Assembly (NCBI RefSeq): GCF_009914755.1
Contig: NC_060932.1
Length of the DNA: 64,000 nt
Source of the DNA: the human T2T-CHM13v2.0 reference genome, Homo sapiens
Reading direction: 5' to 3' (one strand)
Numbering within the stretch: position 1 is the stretch's first letter; each line of letters begins with the position of its first letter. The notes under the pieces were generated by a model. That model was not told the origin of the DNA and made no database searches. It worked only from the letters and a program-made list of their open reading frames with translations. Shown here in pieces: positions 1 to 17,290 of this stretch. Position numbers and translations under genes: made by a program.

Positions 1-405
1 TGGGAGGTCTGAGTTCCTGTTTGGGCTCTGTCACTCAGACTCTAGGGCATAACACTTGACCCTTTGAAGCTCACTTTTCCTCATCTATAAAATGAAGGGC
101 ATTAAGTAGCACTTCATGTCCCCGAACATTTTCAAACTGAAAGTATTTAATTCACAAATTGTGAGCTATGGCTCAGGCAATTATAGCACAGCACCACTAC
201 TCCATCTCAGGAGGTAATCATGGATATTCACAAAGATTTAGTTACAAACATATTCATGACAGAACTGCATTTAATGGCAAAAAAAAATCCTGTCAATAAT
301 CTAACTATACAATAAAGTATGTTAAATCAGAGACAGACAATATCTCGCCATTATAAGTGATACTTTAAGTGAATATTGTGCAAACTCATTAAAAAATGTT
401 TTTGT

Positions 406-700
<295 letters not shown>

Positions 701-834
701 GTTTTTGTTAATGAACATCAAGGATATAGTGTTGAGAAACCTTGTTCTTTAAAATCATAGTTTGGCAAAAACTTTGAAATCTCATCATTGAAAATGGAAC
801 ATCTCACTCTTGTAGGATCTGAGTCCTATGAGTC

Positions 835-1480
835 ATTTTATTTTTAAATTTTTTGGGGTACATAGTAGAAGTATATATTATAGGGTACATGAGACATTTT
901 GATACAGGCATACAATTCATAATAGACACATAAAGGTAAATGGAGTATCCATCGCTTCAGCATTTATCCTTTGTGTTACAACCCAATTATATTTTTATTT
1001 TTAAATGTACAATAAATTGTTGACTATAGACACTGTTGTGCTATCAGATGCTAGATCTTCACTCTAACTATACATGACTTTTTAAAATCTTTTTTTGAAC
1101 TGCTTTATTCAAGTATGACAGACACGAATTAAACAATACTTTATATAATTTGATAAATTTTGAAATATATGCCCATAAAACCATTACCACAATCAAAATA
1201 ATGCACATATCCATCACACCCATGGGTTTCCTGGTACCCTTTAGTAATCCCTCCCTCTCTCCCATTTCTCCTTCCTCCCACCACCCTCCACCCCCATCCC
1301 CAAGGAATCACTGATTTGCTTTGTCACTATAGATTAGTTTGCATTTTCAAGTTTTATGTAAATGGAATCATACACCATGTACTCTTTTTTATCTGGCTTC
1401 TTTCACTCAGCATAATCCATGTTGTTACATGTATTCATAGTTCATTCCTTTTTATTTCTGGGTCGTATTCCACTGTATGG
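835..1480 (-). mobile_element. Old L1 (L1M-type) 3' UTR fragments, probably two elements
   Basis: Antisense L1 3'-end motifs (ggtacatgagacattttgatacaggcatacaat; taaatggaatcatacac; ctggcttctttcactcagcataat). Confidence 0.7.
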
Positions 1481-1647
1481 GTCACTCCCAGAAAAAGCAG
1501 TCCTTATTTCCAACCCGGTGCAGAGCTGCAGGTAAACGGTTTCATACACAACAGCTTAACTTTGTCATTTACAAGAAATTAGAATTCCCACTTTAGGCCA
1601 GACTTGATTTTAACTTCTTTACATATGGCACCACTTCAATTTAAAGG

Positions 1648-1810
1648 TTTTTTTGTTTTGTTTTGAGACAGAATCTCCTTCTGTCACCCAGGCTGGAGTG
1701 CAGTAGCACGATCTCAGCTCACTGCAGCCTCCACCTTCTGGGTTCAAGTTATTTTCATGCCTCAGCCACCTGAGTAGCTGGGATTACAGGCGTGAGCCAC
1801 AGCACCAGCC
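1648..1810 (-). mobile_element. Monomer-length Alu
   Basis: Alu 3' end joined directly to the 5'-end motif gggattacaggcgtgagccac. Confidence 0.8.
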
Positions 1811-1846
1811 ATTATTGTAATAGTTTAATTTGAAAATTCACAGGTG

Positions 1847-1977
1847 GGCCGGGAGCGGTGGCTCACGCCTGTAATCCCAGCACTTTGGGAGGCCCATGCG
1901 CGCGGATCACGAAGTCAGGGCGACTGCAGCCTCGGCAACACAGCGAGACTCCATCTCAAAAAATAAAAAATAAAAAA
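1847..1977 (+). mobile_element. Internally deleted Alu with TSD
   Basis: Alu 5' ~72 nt fused to the 3' ~35 nt plus A tail; aaaattcacag on both sides. Confidence 0.8.
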
Positions 1978-2483
1978 TTCACAGATGTTTATCTAGAATG
2001 GTCAGAATAGTCAGTGGAACTTCTTAGGAAAATCATGACCCTTCACATCTCTAGAACCAAAACACGTGCAGAAATCTTATTTCACAAATATAAATGGAAT
2101 TTGGAAACTTTGAGTTAAAGCAGATCCCAATAACATTTGCTAAGTTTTTGGCCTCCTAATTTAATTTAGTCTTTAATCATAAGTCTTGGCAAGTGTAGTA
2201 TGCTTTTATTATTTATTATTTACAAAACTCCCTTCCACACATGAATCACAATATGCATTACGACACTGTTGCAAAATAGGTCAAAATACATTTTTGGTAT
2301 TTGGTGGTTATTAATATTACCCCTGCTGTATTCCTTGAGAAAGCCTGTATTTAGTTCACTTAAGACAGTTGCTTACACGCTAATGATCATTTACCGATAA
2401 AATACAGAGTTTCCTTATAGCAAAATATAATCTTAAAACCCTAAGGCAGCCTTCAAGCATTTCCCTTATAATTAAAACCTGAA

Positions 2484-2824
<341 letters not shown>

Positions 2825-3587
2825 TCAACATAGCATATAAAAATGGAATTTTTGCAAACCCCTTTTGCAGTGTTGTAGAAAAGCTTAAAATAAAACGTAA
2901 CGAGAAAGCTCCCTCCATAAGTAAATACAATCTAATGTGCTTCCCCTTATGTGTTATTAAAGCTACAAATTAGTAGGAAAAGAATAGTGCCGCCCACGGG
3001 CTTTCCAACTTTTGAATTCTGGGGACTAACAACAGAGAGCAAGAGTGAATGAGCCAAACGACGCAAACGTGCCCTCGCCAGGCTGGCAACTGGTAGGCAC
3101 GCAGTGTATTAGTTGCCCTGGAGAGAAACACCCTGGAGAGAAATACCCAATTTGTGAACTAAACCTAGGTCCCGGAAGAACAGTGTTCGGCGTCAGACTC
3201 CGTTGAGCTCATTCTGGAAGGATCCAACTGGCGCCACCAGGGAGAAAAAGCGATTCCACCTCAATAACACTCCAGAAAAAGGCATGAAGAGCCCTATACC
3301 TGCCAGGGCGACTTTGACCTAGACCCGGTGACCCGGTTCCTAGCGCTGCAGCCCTACCCGCCCCCCGCCCGCCCCCGCCTTGCACGGAGCCCCTCCTCTG
3401 TACTCATTCGTTGCGCCACGTCTCCTAACTCTGCGCCACCAGCCACCCCGCGAAGGCGTCCACCAATTAACCCCTCCCAGCTTCTGGTCTACAGTAACGG
3501 GTCCCCAACGCCGCGTCTTAACCAGGCCCGAACCGACCACCGCCAACCTTCCCTGACACGCCTTTGCCCCACCCGACCCCGCCCGCC

Positions 3588-3629
3588 CCCACGTGACGCC
3601 CACGCCCCGCCCACTGGCGCCCACGTGAC
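3588..3629 (+). promoter_or_regulatory. MTDH: Two E-boxes (CACGTG at 3590-3595 and 3622-3627) with a GC box between them
   Basis: Both read CCCACGTGAC, 32 bp apart. Consistent with the established MYC-responsive E-boxes of the AEG-1/MTDH promoter. Confidence 0.75.
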
Positions 3630-3878
3630 CCACGGTCGTCCCCGCGCGCGGCGTGGATCGCGGCCCAAGCCGCCATTGTTCCGCCGAGGGAGGACAGCGG
3701 GGCCTGGCGCTGGCGCCGAGACGCCGCTTAGCGGCCGCCACTGGAGACACTCCCTCCCGCCTCCCGGGTCTCCTGGCGGCGGCGGAGTGAGGCTGACAGC
3801 GGGGAACCTGGGAGACCCCTCCGCCCTCCCCGCGGTGGCAGCGGCCGATCCCCGGCTCCGGCGCGAGGGACGGCCGCG

Positions 3879-3893
3879 ATGCGCTCGGCCTGA
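3879..3893 (+). other. Upstream ORF (MRSA*) in the presumed 5' UTR
   Basis: gcgATG CGC TCG GCC TGA with G at -3; ends 96 nt before the main ATG. Assumes the TSS is upstream of 3879. Confidence 0.55.
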
Positions 3894-3989
3894 GGTTACC
3901 CGGCCCGGCCCTTCCTCGCTTCCCTCGACTATTCCACTGCGTCTCCGCGCCCCGGCGTCATCCTGCGAGTCCCTCTGACGGGAGGGAAG

Positions 3990-4370
3990 ATGGCTGCACG
4001 GAGCTGGCAGGACGAGCTGGCCCAGCAGGCCGAGGAGGGCTCGGCCCGGCTGCGGGAAATGCTCTCGGTCGGCCTAGGCTTTCTGCGCACCGAGCTGGGC
4101 CTCGACCTGGGGCTGGAGCCGAAACGGTACCCCGGCTGGGTGATCCTGGTGGGCACTGGCGCGCTCGGGCTGCTGCTGCTGTTTCTGCTGGGCTACGGCT
4201 GGGCCGCGGCTTGCGCCGGCGCCCGCAAAAAGCGGAGGAGCCCGCCCCGCAAGCGGGAGGAGGCGGCGGCCGTGCCGGCCGCGGCCCCCGACGACCTGGC
4301 CTTGCTGAAGAATCTCCGGAGCGAGGAACAGAAGAAGAAGAACCGGAAGAAACTGTCCGAGAAGCCCAAA
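3990..4370 (+). CDS. MTDH: MTDH coding exon 1 (aa 1-127): N-terminus, single transmembrane helix, basic NLS RKKRRSPPRKR
   Basis: Translation MAARSWQDELAQQAEEGSARLREML...WVILVGTGALGLLLLFLLGYGW...EKPK is recognised as LYRIC/AEG-1; strong Kozak aagATGg; donor AAA|gtgagt at 4371. Confidence 0.98.
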
Positions 4371-6837
4371 GTGAGTATGGGATGAGCGGCAGTAGAGAAC
4401 GGGCGAAGGGCGGGCGTGGAGACCCTCGAGCTTGGGGGAGGCCGCGCCCCAGCCGGGAAGGAAAAGAGTGCTTAGTCGAAAGCCGAGAGGCAGCACTCCC
4501 AAGTGGAGGAGGAGGTGATAGGTGGTCATGTTATTTGGGGAATGGGGGGAACTCAGGAAGTATAGGACGAGTGGGGAAGCCCAGTTTCGAGGAAGGAAGT
4601 TAGGAGGTCTGGGGGTCCGTTCAGATAGGCGCCCAGAGGTCAAGCCATCTTTGGGAACCGTCACCGCTAGAATAAGCACAGCATCCTTCCTTGAGGCCTG
4701 CAGAGTAGGCTGCATGTGGAGCGTAATGGGACCTTAAGGTGGTGTTAGGAAGTTGTATAAAGACTGCGCTCGGAAGACAGATGTCTATCTCAAGTCACAT
4801 TGAGACAGTAGGCAGTGGAAGAAGTGCGGTGACCTAGAAATTCTGGGGCTTACACAGGATTAAAGGTGTCCAGGTCTAGACGCGCTTCCATTTTAGTTGG
4901 GACTGTTAAAGGGAAATGGTTGCCCATTCTTGTTCTGGCAAATGTGGCCAACAGAGGCCGGAACGGGAGCAAGGCAAGAGGGGGTCGGTTACCTAATACG
5001 CTTTGAGGTGTATGGTCCTGTGAGAAAGAGCTAAGGCGAGTTCAACGAACGAGTCTGTTGCACACTCTGTGGCGTGGTAGATTTGTGAAATAGAGTAAAG
5101 GGAGATGACAGGGCAGAATGGTGAAAGCCGAGAGAGGAATTCAGGCACCGATTTACTGGGCCACGTGTGGAAGTTGCAGAGGGCATCACGTCTGTCTTAG
5201 GCCTTCATGTTTTACGTTTACATTCTTTATTGCCATTCCCATGGTTCTCCCATTATATCTTTCATAGTTTTATGTATTTTTAAAAATATTTTACATTTGA
5301 GCAAATTGAGACTATGGAGGGTATGCAGAGTTAGAAACAGCACCTAACCTATTTTTATATCCAGCGAATTAAGATCTTCACCTTTTCAGTACAATTCAGT
5401 AAGCCAGTACGAAGGCCCTACCATGTGAAATTTGCACTCTGGTGTTTGGAGGGCAGTGCAAGGTATACACGTAGAGTCAGTGTTGGAGAGTAGTGGAGAC
5501 AGATTCATAAATAATTAGAATTTTGCATAGACTGATAGGTGTTAAAGAGGTTTTAACTGAGTGTTAATGAGGTTTGGAGGGTAGGAGACATTTCACTGGA
5601 GGGCTTTAGGAAAGTTGTTGGAGGAAATGGGGTTTGAGTTCCAACTAACAAGAGTTTTGTTGGTAACAAACTCTAATCTCTAGATTAGAGATGTGACAGG
5701 TCACAGTTAGTGCATTATGAGGCCTGGATAGGCCTTCACGTTTTGCCTGCTGATTAAGAGATGCAAGATACATATGAAACCTGGAAAAGGCACAACTTTG
5801 TCAATGTGAATACTACCATAAGTTAGGAGAGGAGAAAATAGAACTGATTTGGAACATAAATAATTTAAAAATTTGTGGAGACTATCAAGAATTACCAATT
5901 ATCAAAGTAATGTTATGGTGAAAATAGAGAACCTTGCTCCAAGGTAAGGAAAGAAGGTGATCTTGAAAGAAACACATTCAGCACAAACCCATGTGGATGA
6001 AGCACATTGTGAAAATTTCAAAGCCCTATTTGGGACATCTAGAAATTTCAGATAAACTTGAGTTGAGAGAGACAGGTTCTCCAAGAACCCATCCGACATG
6101 CGTTATAACACTCAAATGACTCATCTGAAAGAATACAGATTCCGGCGAATGCTTATACATTACTGTGAAAAATGCTCAGTAGACTTAAAAGACTTACCCC
6201 CTCATTTTCATTCGAGTTAAGGAAGTGGGGAGTAAATAAGTAAACCTAGCGTTAGCTTTGAGGAGTGGAGAATGGGAAGACTGTATGGCTGAATGTTAAT
6301 TGGGTGAGGAAGTATCCTTATCTACCAAATATTGAAGATGTATTCGAGAAGTTTAACCAACATTTACAAAATTGTGACTTTCAAGCTTTTCTGACTGCAA
6401 CCCACAATAAGAAATACATTTTACATTACATTACACACATAAAACTGTTCTGTTTTTCTTTAATGTTCATGACCCACTAAATTCATTTCACATTTGACTG
6501 TGAGGCATGACCCACAGTTATGGGGTAGCTTTACAGGGCAAAGAAGTACAAGCTGCCGTTTGGTACTCATTAGATACCTTTAACTGTGCTAAGTATTGAA
6601 GAAAAGCAAGATACTGCTTACAAATTGAAGGCGGTGAAAAGGCATACAATATGGGCATATCTCTCTGTGACAGGGATACAAAGGTTAAAGCTCAGTTTCT
6701 CCCCAGGGAGCTTTTTGTTTCAGTCGTGGAAAAAGATATACTTAAGAAATTAATGATACAACTGGATGTGGACCCAGGTGGGCGTGAAAGGCCTTGTCAC
6801 AGAAGCTGACTTTGAAAGTGGGTAGGAGTCCCCCAGG

Positions 6838-8140
6838 AATTCAAGAACGACCTGGGCAATATAGTGAGACCTCATCTCTACAAAAAATTTAAAAAATTAG
6901 CCCAGTGTGGTGGTGTGCACCTGTAGTCCCAGCTATTCTGGAGGCTGAGGTTGGAGGATTGCTTGAGCCAGGAGGTGGAGGCTGCAGTGAGCCAATTCGA
7001 GGCCCTGTCTAAAAAAAGGGGGGAAGGGAGGGCAGTAAGAGCAAGATAATGTGAGAGGCCTGAGAAACAACAAAGGCCCAGGATTGAAAGAAGACAACTC
7101 TGTCAGCCTGGCAGGAATGGGAAACTCTAAACTTGAGTAAGGCATTTCACCTTGCTCTGTTCAGTGTATCTTGTTTACAAATTGGAAATCTTAGTTGAGT
7201 TAAAACACTGCAGTATTCTTCAAAGTGTTATCCCTGGCTACTTGCAATGAGTCACTTTGAATGCTTGTGGAAATGCTTGGGCCAGGCACAGTGGCTTATG
7301 CCTGTAATCCCAGCACTTTGGGAGGCACTGTTGGGAGGATCACTTGAGCCTAGGAGTTTGACGCTGTGATGAGCTATGATCAGGTGACTGCACTCCAGCC
7401 TGGGCAACACAGCAAGACTCTGTCTCCTAAAAGAAAAAAAAAAAAAAAGCTTGTAGATTCCTGATCTCTGATCTTTTCGTTCCATTATTTTTAGCTTTCT
7501 CTTAAATCACTCCAAATTTTGCGACTCCTGTTTTCAAATTTTTCATTTGTAGAGTAAATAGTGGCGAAATCTGTATTTACCTCAACCTGTTTATAAGCAA
7601 TTTCTGAAATTATTTTATCAATTTGTTTTTTATCCCCTAATAAAACCATGCCATAGATCTTTTAGGGTATGAATTACAGTTTGTTCCCTAATTAAAAGTG
7701 AGGGGGGCCACTTTTTACTGGGCTCAGTTCTTGGCATTTTTTCTTTTCCCCCCCACCCCTGTTCCTGGCATTTTTGGAAATTATTATCTTGTATGTATTT
7801 TTCATGACATCTACCTCAAAGTCTGTATTAAATGGGCACTCAAGTATTTTTTCACTTGATTTTTAATCTGAGTAATGACTTAGATTGAAGTGAAGTCTGC
7901 GAAAACTGGTCTGTAACAATTGGCTTTGAATTTCAACTGGAAGCACATAATCAGGATTAATATCAAAGAAAATTGTCTTTTTTTTTTTTTTGAAACAGTC
8001 TTGCTCTATTGCCCATGCTGGAGTGCAGTGGCGGTTATAGCTCATAGCTCACTGCATCCTCAAACTCCTGGCCTCAAGCCATCCTCCCACTTTGGCCTCC
8101 CAAAATGTTGGGATTACAGGCATGAGCAACCTCACCCAGC
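6838..8140. mobile_element. Three old Alu fragments/monomers (+6838-7017, +7280-7448, -7978-8140)
   Basis: AluJ/FLAM/FRAM-like sequence with A or T tails. Confidence 0.8.
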
Positions 8141-8479
8141 TCAAAAATTTATTTTAGTGGACAAGTTATTTGCATATTAGTGTAGGAATGTTTATAAAGA
8201 TTTGCTATAGTGTAATTGCCATATCTCTAAGCTCAATGAATAAAATAATAGTGTTTCCTTTTGTTTGCTACCAGATAGCCTTGCACAGTGCTTGGTACTC
8301 AAAAATAATTATTGAATGCATAATATAGTAAGATGTCCAACAAAAGTATTTATACAGCTTACTCCTATTATTCATGCTTGGTAAATACCTATGTGAGCCC
8401 CCTTTTTCTCTTTAAGTGGAAAGTGGCTGTTTGCCTCATCTGGCTGTAATTTTGTGAGGTGAAGCACTGCCTATATAAT

Positions 8480-8690
8480 GACCCCATAAGATTATGATAT
8501 TGTATTTTTACTATACCTTTTCTATGTTTAGATACACAAACACTTACCATTGTGTTACAGTTGCCACAGTATTCAGTACAGCAACATGCTGTACAGGTTT
8601 GTAGCCTAGGTTTGTGTCAGTATACTATGTGATGTTTGCACAAAGATGCATTTCTCAGAATGTATTCTCATTAAGCAGTGTATGACTGTA
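8480..8690. mobile_element. Tigger3-like DNA transposon fragment
   Basis: cagtattcagtacagcaacatgctgtacaggtttgtagcctagg and terminal ...taagcagtgtatgactg-ta resemble the recalled Tigger3 end. Confidence 0.65.
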
Positions 8691-9089
8691 TTCTAATAGT
8701 ATGCAGTGTCTTTTGTAGTCATTACTTCTGTTCCAGTTTCACTGCCACTGCCCTACTTTAGGACTTTATTACCTTTTGTTTAGACTGTTCTAACATCATC
8801 CTAACTAGTTTTCCTGCTTCCAGTTTCTTTTTTGCCAATCTTTTCTACCCACTCGTGTGAGTAGAGTCTTTTGAAGCCCAACCCTGATCATGTGACTTTG
8901 ATGTTCACATCCTTTCAGTAGTTTCCCCATCACCTGTTGAATAAAATGCAAAATTCATGACATGGCACTCGAGTCTCTTCATGATCTAACCCTACCTTAG
9001 GCTTGTCTCTCACCATTACTCCTAAGACAAGAAATAATTCTGCTTAGCTAGATTTCTGTGTCTCTTTATTTATGATTATTTTCATTTTT

Positions 9090-10395
<1,306 letters not shown>

Positions 10396-10549
10396 TAGAA
10401 TGGTCTAATATCACCATTTCATTTGGTTCTAATAGTCATTCAGCAAGTATCTGAGTGTCTGCCCATTATCCATATTAGGAGCACAAAACGCATTACTAGT
10501 GGTCACACACATAAAAGGTATGTTATAAATAGTACTGGAACAGATCAGC

Positions 10550-11177
10550 ATAGTTGATTTTCTTTATCTGCAGAAGTTCTATAAAGTTCCCACTGAATTA
10601 GCAAGTACTAAACTAGTGCTCCTAGGGAAAGTGCAAAATTAGGTCCAAGCCTCTGGTCACAATATTTTCACCAATACCATATACAATACATGGTCTTGTT
10701 TTATGAGTGTTTCTGTTTAAAGACATTTAATTTAATTGATTCATATCATTGAACTCACGGCCAATAGCACTAGAACTCATGCCTGAACAAAGCTTATCTA
10801 ATGCATTATTTTCTTTGTAAGGTATATCACAGCCTTCTTATGCTTAGGAATGCTCAGCAGCACTTCAGCACTACAGTTGGGGACCATTATAAACAGCAAA
10901 ATCACTAACAAAAAGCACCCAAAAAATGCAAAATATGTGACACTAAATAGTCCTCAGAAAGGATACTTATTTACAGTGATGAGAGCTGAAATAAGAAGGT
11001 GGAGGCTTGACCTCAGCTGGGAATGTGCCTGCAGAGTGACTTTGCAGCTCTGTGCATGTGCGTGTCCAGAAATGACCGTGAAAGTACCTCAAGTATTGAT
11101 TTTGGAGTAACAAATAAATTTTAGTGAAAAGATAAATTCACCAATACAGAATCCATTAATAATGGGGAACAACTGTA
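10550..11177 (-). mobile_element. MER82-like Tigger-family DNA transposon
   Basis: cagcacttcagcactac...aaacagcaaaatcactaacaaaaagcac matches the recalled MER82; degenerate inverted ends tagttgat.../...aacaactg-ta. Confidence 0.7.
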
Positions 11178-11199
11178 TATTAGTCCCTATCTGTATCTA

Positions 11200-12115
11200 G
11201 ACTGTTCTGTCATCTCCAGAACCTCATGTCTACATGTATGCTTGATTTCTCTGATTGGGAGTCTGATACGTATCTCAAACTTTTTAAAAATTATCTCAAA
11301 CTTTTAACATCTCCAAAACAGAACCTATTATTTCTTGCCTTCTCCCAGTCTTCCCTATTTCTGTAAGTGGTAAATTACTCTACCATCCATTCAGTTATTC
11401 AAGCCAAAAATAGAAGAATCATCCTTGATTCTAATCTTTTTCTCACCTCTTCATATCTTCCTCACCTTATATCTAACCCATCAGCAAAGTACCATCAATT
11501 TTATCTCCAAAATATATATTCAATCTGACTACTTTTTCTAGTGTCACCTTAGCTCCCCTAACCTGCAGCAGTAGCCTTCCTTTTACTGCATCCAGTCCTT
11601 TCTCAACGCACTAGTAATGAGTTTTTTCAAAGCAAATCACTATGCTGCCTAAAACCAACACTTAGTAGCTTTTGCATTTAAAATCTAAATCTCTTTCCAT
11701 GGCCCGTATGGCCCAGCACCTGCTTTTCATTCTAAGCTGAATTTGTGTGAGTTTCCTGTCATTTGCTGTTCAGTTCTTGAAACTCTTTCACAACCCAGCG
11801 CCTTTACATGAGCTATTATTAACACTTTTGGAACAATCTTTCCCCCACTATTCTCCTCAGCCTTTAGTTTTCACCTTAAAAGTCACCTTCCCCGAAAATC
11901 CTTTCCTGATCACCCTATGTGAAATAGACATCCCTTTCTATTTTCTGTCTCAACCCCTTAGATGTTTCCTTCATAGTGGTTATTACAGTTTGTACATTAT
12001 TTGTTTACTTACCCATTTACTTTTTTGGGTTCTCTCCCTCCCCAGATTGTAAACCGGTGGCAAACTGCCTGGCGTATAAGTGCCTTTGGTAATTATTTGT
12101 TGAACTAAAAGCTGA
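11200..12115 (+). mobile_element. L2 LINE 3' fragment
   Basis: C/T-rich L2-like motifs (tctcaaactt, ccatccattcagttattcaagccaaaa, cctggcgtata...tttgttgaa). Confidence 0.6.
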
Positions 12116-12316
12116 ACAAAGTGACTAAAATAACATCTCACAGTTAATTGGATAATCTGTTATTGAGTTAAATAAATTTATCTCTTAATATATTCCCAGT
12201 AGAATTGTGTTTTTTTATTCTTAGGTAATAGTTTTGCTGGTAATATTAAAAAAGTTATATCACTTGCCACCTATAGAGTTTTCTTTTTACCTTTAAGTCA
12301 CTCTTTGTCAGTTTTA

Positions 12317-12627
<311 letters not shown>

Positions 12628-14037
12628 TCATTTGCTCAAAAAAATCCAAATTATAAGTAAAACAAATATTCATGATTTTACAGAAGAGAAATCTTGAGAT
12701 TCAGAAAAATTAACTGACTTATTCAAGGTCATAGGACAAAGGAGTTTAAAAGGCAAAACAATATCCTAATTTCTAGTCTAAGAACTTTGTTATTTCCACT
12801 CTACCTCTCTGGTTTCGATGGCATGTTCCAGGATATTAAATTGCATTCAGAGAACAAATAGAGTTTTCCCAGTGAGTTATGGCTTTATTGCTTTTAAAAT
12901 TTCGAGTCAGAAGTTTCTGCTGAAAATTATAATGACCTTACAAAAGCTCCAGAATTTTGGCTCCATTTGTTTGGTTATGTGACAGGATTTTTTCATCTTT
13001 TCTTTTCATTCTGCCAGAGGCCTAACGTAAAAGACCTTTAACAGTTCTGACAGAAAAGACCTTTAGTAGTTGTGCCCATCTTAGATACCAAGAACAACAA
13101 TAAACCCTATGAACATTCATTTTTGTTGTGCTTTGGCATTACTGGTTAGTGTACTATTTCTCAAGGCTGTAAAAGCCTTGAGAGTATTTTTAAATTATTA
13201 TTCAAGCAAAATTCAGAGATATAAGTGAGGAATTGGTGTTATTTGATCAGTTTTAAAATGCACTTGTTTTTCTCTCCAGCTATGCTAGTAGTTTTCAAAC
13301 TGCTCCATGGAATGCCAGGCTTCCCAGAAGGCATCCGTCAGAATGTCTTAGACATTTTTCTTCTAAGAAAGAATTATACAGATGTGTATTTGCTGTATCA
13401 TTTGTAGTCCTTATCATACCCATCAGATGTAAAATATTGAAAACCAATGCTTGTATTTAGTTTTTCAGAAATCATCTTTGGCATATCTTGGCCATGTGAC
13501 AGTTATTACCATCTCCCCATCTCATAAAGGTAACCCTGAGCATCCCTGCTGTAGTCAACAAGGAGACAGTTTGGAATCCTGAGTTGAATTTTTGGCTGTT
13601 TAGAAAGCACAGGGATCTTTACCACTAAAGGAAATATCTCAGTATATAGTGAGATTTTGCAAATTTGAACCATAGGTTATATTTGTAAGATTGTTCTCTC
13701 AGTTATTAAGAGTTTGAAATTGGGGTTGAACTGTGTCTAAAGCTATGGTTTATGTGTATGTTTAGTTTATGTAGTTGCTGTGTGCATAACATTTGGCAGG
13801 GGAAAATGTTTTTACTTTCAAACAAACTGACAAGAAATTGTTCCATCTTGAATTTGTGTAAGAACGTTTCAGAACTAAAACAAACTTACCAAAACTAGGT
13901 CTTGTCCATTAAATGAGATAATGCGTGTAATGTGTCTAGCAAGTACTTGGAAATTATTATTGTTAAGACTGTCTTATAGTCTAACTTATCAACTACAATG
14001 ATGCCTCTTCTGAATTTCCTAATTTCTTGCCTTTATC

Positions 14038-14195
14038 TTTTTTTTTTTTTAATTATACTTTAAGTTCTGGGATACATGTGCGGAATGTGCAGGTTTGTTA
14101 CATAGGTATACATGTGCCATGGTGATTTGCTGCACCCATCAACCTGTCATCTAGGTTTTAAGCCCCACATGCATTAGGTATTTGTCTTAATGCTC
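14038..14195 (-). mobile_element. 5'-truncated L1PA (about 160 bp)
   Basis: ttatactttaagttctgggatacatgtgc L1PA 3' end; TSD tcttgccttt(t)atcttttt on both sides. Confidence 0.88.
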
Positions 14196-14300
14196 TCTTG
14201 CCTTTTATCTTTTTTATGATGAGGATTATATATATACACACACACACACAATGCCTCCTGTATGCTCAGTATCACTTTTAGCCAATAAAATTGAGATTCT

Positions 14301-17290
<2,990 letters not shown>

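Larger units (their letters stand above)
3320..4480. promoter_or_regulatory. MTDH: CpG island spanning the MTDH promoter, 5' UTR and exon 1
   Basis: Sharp rise in GC and CpG density against the AT/Alu background; multiple GC boxes (ccccgccc near 3363, 3577 and 3605). Boundaries judged by eye. Confidence 0.9.

Noticed and set aside
3328-4715. Long ORFs 3328..3978(+), 3340..3750(-), 4074..4715(-), 4211..4603(+)
   Set aside because: Pro/Arg/Gly/Ala-rich shadow frames expected from stop-codon scarcity in a CpG island; no recognisable domains, and they overlap the true exon 1 or promoter.
13280-13529. Strong acceptor tttttctctccag at 13279
   Set aside because: There is an in-frame stop at the third codon and no convincing nearby donor; such sites are common by chance.
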